A stretch of 63,661 nucleotides of DNA, the filler included. It is 5 parts of 5 records of this genome, joined end to end, with 100 filler letters (N's around TTAATTAATTAA, not from the genome) between each part and the next. Parts side by side here need not be neighbours in the genome. Positions count along the whole stretch, not along the records: positions 58,103 to 63,661 come from DRR723986_12516; 4 more parts are not named here. The stretch is one strand, 5' to 3'. Of this stretch, positions 62,123 through 63,661 are shown in pieces (the first letter of the stretch is position 1; every line of letters starts with the position of its first letter). The translations under genes were made by a program, and so were the position numbers. The notes below the pieces were generated by a model. That model did no database searches, was not told the origin of the DNA, and saw only the letters and a program-made list of their open reading frames with translations.

Positions 62123-63661
62123 TCAGTTCCCCCCGAGCAGCCGTTCCAGCTGTCGCGCGGCCTCCTCGCGCAGCCGGTCTTCCAGCGTGTCTTGCGCAGC
62201 CTCTTCCACCGACTGGCCTTCCTCCACCTCGATGCCAAGCGCCTCGGCCGCGGCTTCCGTCGCCCGCTGCTCAAGCGCATCAATTTCCTCTTCCAGTTCC
62301 TGCCGGGCCAGCGCCTCCAGATCGAGGCTGAAATTCGGGTCTCCCCAATAGCCCGAGATGCGCAACGGCACGCGCACACCACCATCAGACCCCTGGCCAT
62401 AAAGCACGCGGGGCACGACCGTGTAATCCAGCGCCTGCTGCCCCAGGCTAACCGTGCCATCCCCGGTCAGTTCACCGAACGGGGCGGTCATCAACAGATC
62501 GTCATTCGTCACAACCCCATCCGCCATGGTGAAGCTGGCGGTGATGCTTTCGTAGACCGTGCGCTGCCCTTCGCCGCGATAGGACGTGTCGAGATTGCGG
62601 ATCATGCCGCCGATATCCAACCCCAGGATTGCACCTTCACCGAAGGCGATGGACCCGGATCCATCCAGCGAATTGATCAGCGCATTCAGATCGTTGCCCA
62701 CCATCAGGAAGGTCAGGTCCGCCGTCCCGGTGCCTTCCAGCCGATCCCAGCCGGCGAAATCGGTCATCAGGGGGCTCAGCCGCACATCGGCCACCTGCAA
62801 ATCGCCGCCCATGGACAACCCGCCGCGCCCATTGATCACGTATTGTCCGGTGATACTGCCCTCATAGGCTGCAACCTGCCGCAGGTCGAAAACCAGCCGC
62901 CCGGCTGTCAGCGTCGCGCGCAGGTCCACCGCGCCAAGCTGCATAATGCCCAGGTTCAGCCCGCTCAGCACCAATGCCGCCTCGGCATCGACCGAATGCA
63001 GGGCGCTGACGTCGATCCGGTCCTGCGACCAGCCGCGTGTCGGCGCAGCTGCGGTCGCGCCGCCGTCCCCGCCTTCGGTCAGCCCCGACAAATCCAGCGC
63101 AGCACCGGTCAGAACCGCGCGGATCATCGGACGATCGGTTCCGGGCATCACATCGACACTGCCCGCCAATTCGTTGTCATCGAAGGTAAACCGGGCCTCG
63201 CGCAAATGCACCGTTCCTTCAGAGGCCAGTGTGAACGCGCCCTCGACCGCCAGCCGATCCCGGCCCAAACCACGCGGCAGATCCGGCGCGGCCTGCCCTG
63301 CCAGCGCCATCAGCGGCCCCAGGTCGGTGGCATCCAGCGCCACGGCCCCCTCGACCCCAAGCGGTGACAGGCCAACGCGCCCGTCAAAACCCGCCTCTCC
63401 GCCCGCCCAATCCAACGCCAGTGTCACCGGGCGCAGATCGCCGTCCAGCAGCGGCCCGATGCCGTCGATCACCGCTTCGACCGACAGAGCTGCCCCGTTC
63501 ATGGAACCGCTGCCCTCCAGCCGCGCAACGCCTTCAGCCGACGGCAGGCGCAGGGTCAGGGTCAGATCCTCGGCGCGCACATCACTGCCCGCGGCCTCAT
63601 CGCGGAACAGAAGCGACCCGGCAGAAATCTCGGCCAGATCGAGGCTGAACGCCCCCAATCC
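62123..63661 (-). CDS. AsmA family protein (5' truncated)
   Basis: Beta-rich repeats; SLDGSG...GAILGLDI, T.Y.SITASF...DGVVTNDDL, VPLRISG.W..P motifs; charged helical tail. Confidence 0.88.
   Translation of the reverse strand, partial: GLGAFSLDLAEISAGSLLFRDEAAGSDVRAEDLTLTLRLPSAEGVARLEGSGSMNGAALSVEAVIDGIGPLLDGDLRPVTLALDWAGGEAGFDGRVGLSPLGVEGAVALDATDLGPLMALAGQAAPDLPRGLGRDRLAVEGAFTLASEGTVHLREARFTFDDNELAGSVDVMPGTDRPMIRAVLTGAALDLSGLTEGGDGGATAAAPTRGWSQDRIDVSALHSVDAEAALVLSGLNLGIMQLGAVDLRATLTAGRLVFDLRQVAAYEGSITGQYVINGRGGLSMGGDLQVADVRLSPLMTDFAGWDRLEGTGTADLTFLMVGNDLNALINSLDGSGSIAFGEGAILGLDIGGMIRNLDTSYRGEGQRTVYESITASFTMADGVVTNDDLLMTAPFGELTGDGTVSLGQQALDYTVVPRVLYGQGSDGGVRVPLRISGYWGDPNFSLDLEALARQELEEEIDALEQRATEAAAEALGIEVEEGQSVEEAAQDTLEDRLREEAARQLERLLGGN

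Noticed and set aside
61808..63367. 519-aa plus-strand ORF
   Set aside because: Antisense to the AsmA and SLT genes; no motifs

Overview
This window is not one locus. It is five unrelated contigs joined by artificial 100-nt spacers (44 N + TTAATTAATTAA + 44 N) at 19546-19645, 37544-37643, 43747-43846 and 58003-58102. Contig 1 (1-19545) looks planctomycete (Pirellulaceae-like): hydrolase, SuhB, response regulator, Tat oxidoreductase, PfpI, Ser/Thr kinase with a Cache-like sensor, oligopeptidase B, DUF58/BatA-vWA, a CX5R-domain/cytochrome c fusion, and the H4MPT genes mtdC and fae. Contig 2 (19646-37543) also looks planctomycete: 23S 3' end, 5S, a decayed GT2 region, cmoBA, five PEP-CTERM proteins, a hybrid histidine kinase, PqaA and ppk2. 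Contig 3 (37644-43746) is GC-rich and Rhodobacteraceae-like: MocR regulator, ytoQ, pheT, META protein, GATase. Contig 4 (43847-58002) is AT-rich and Flavobacteriaceae-like: M16 and M14 peptidases, bshC, guaA, LysM protein, OsmC, pyrG, yidC, fasciclin. Contig 5 (58103-63661) is Rhodobacteraceae-like: argF end, hydrolase, cytochrome c', DMT, gcrA, SLT, AsmA. I see no CRISPR array, transposase, phage gene or recognisable defence system. The best leads are the exported CX5R-domain/cytochrome c fusion, the kinase-Cache sensor, the PEP-CTERM cluster (including a subtilase with Glu at the catalytic Asp position), a possible CTP-sensing hairpin leader on pyrG, and clustered palindromes in the alphaproteobacterial contigs. 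All calls come from motif recognition by eye. No database searches were run, and taxonomy is inferred from gene content and base composition.
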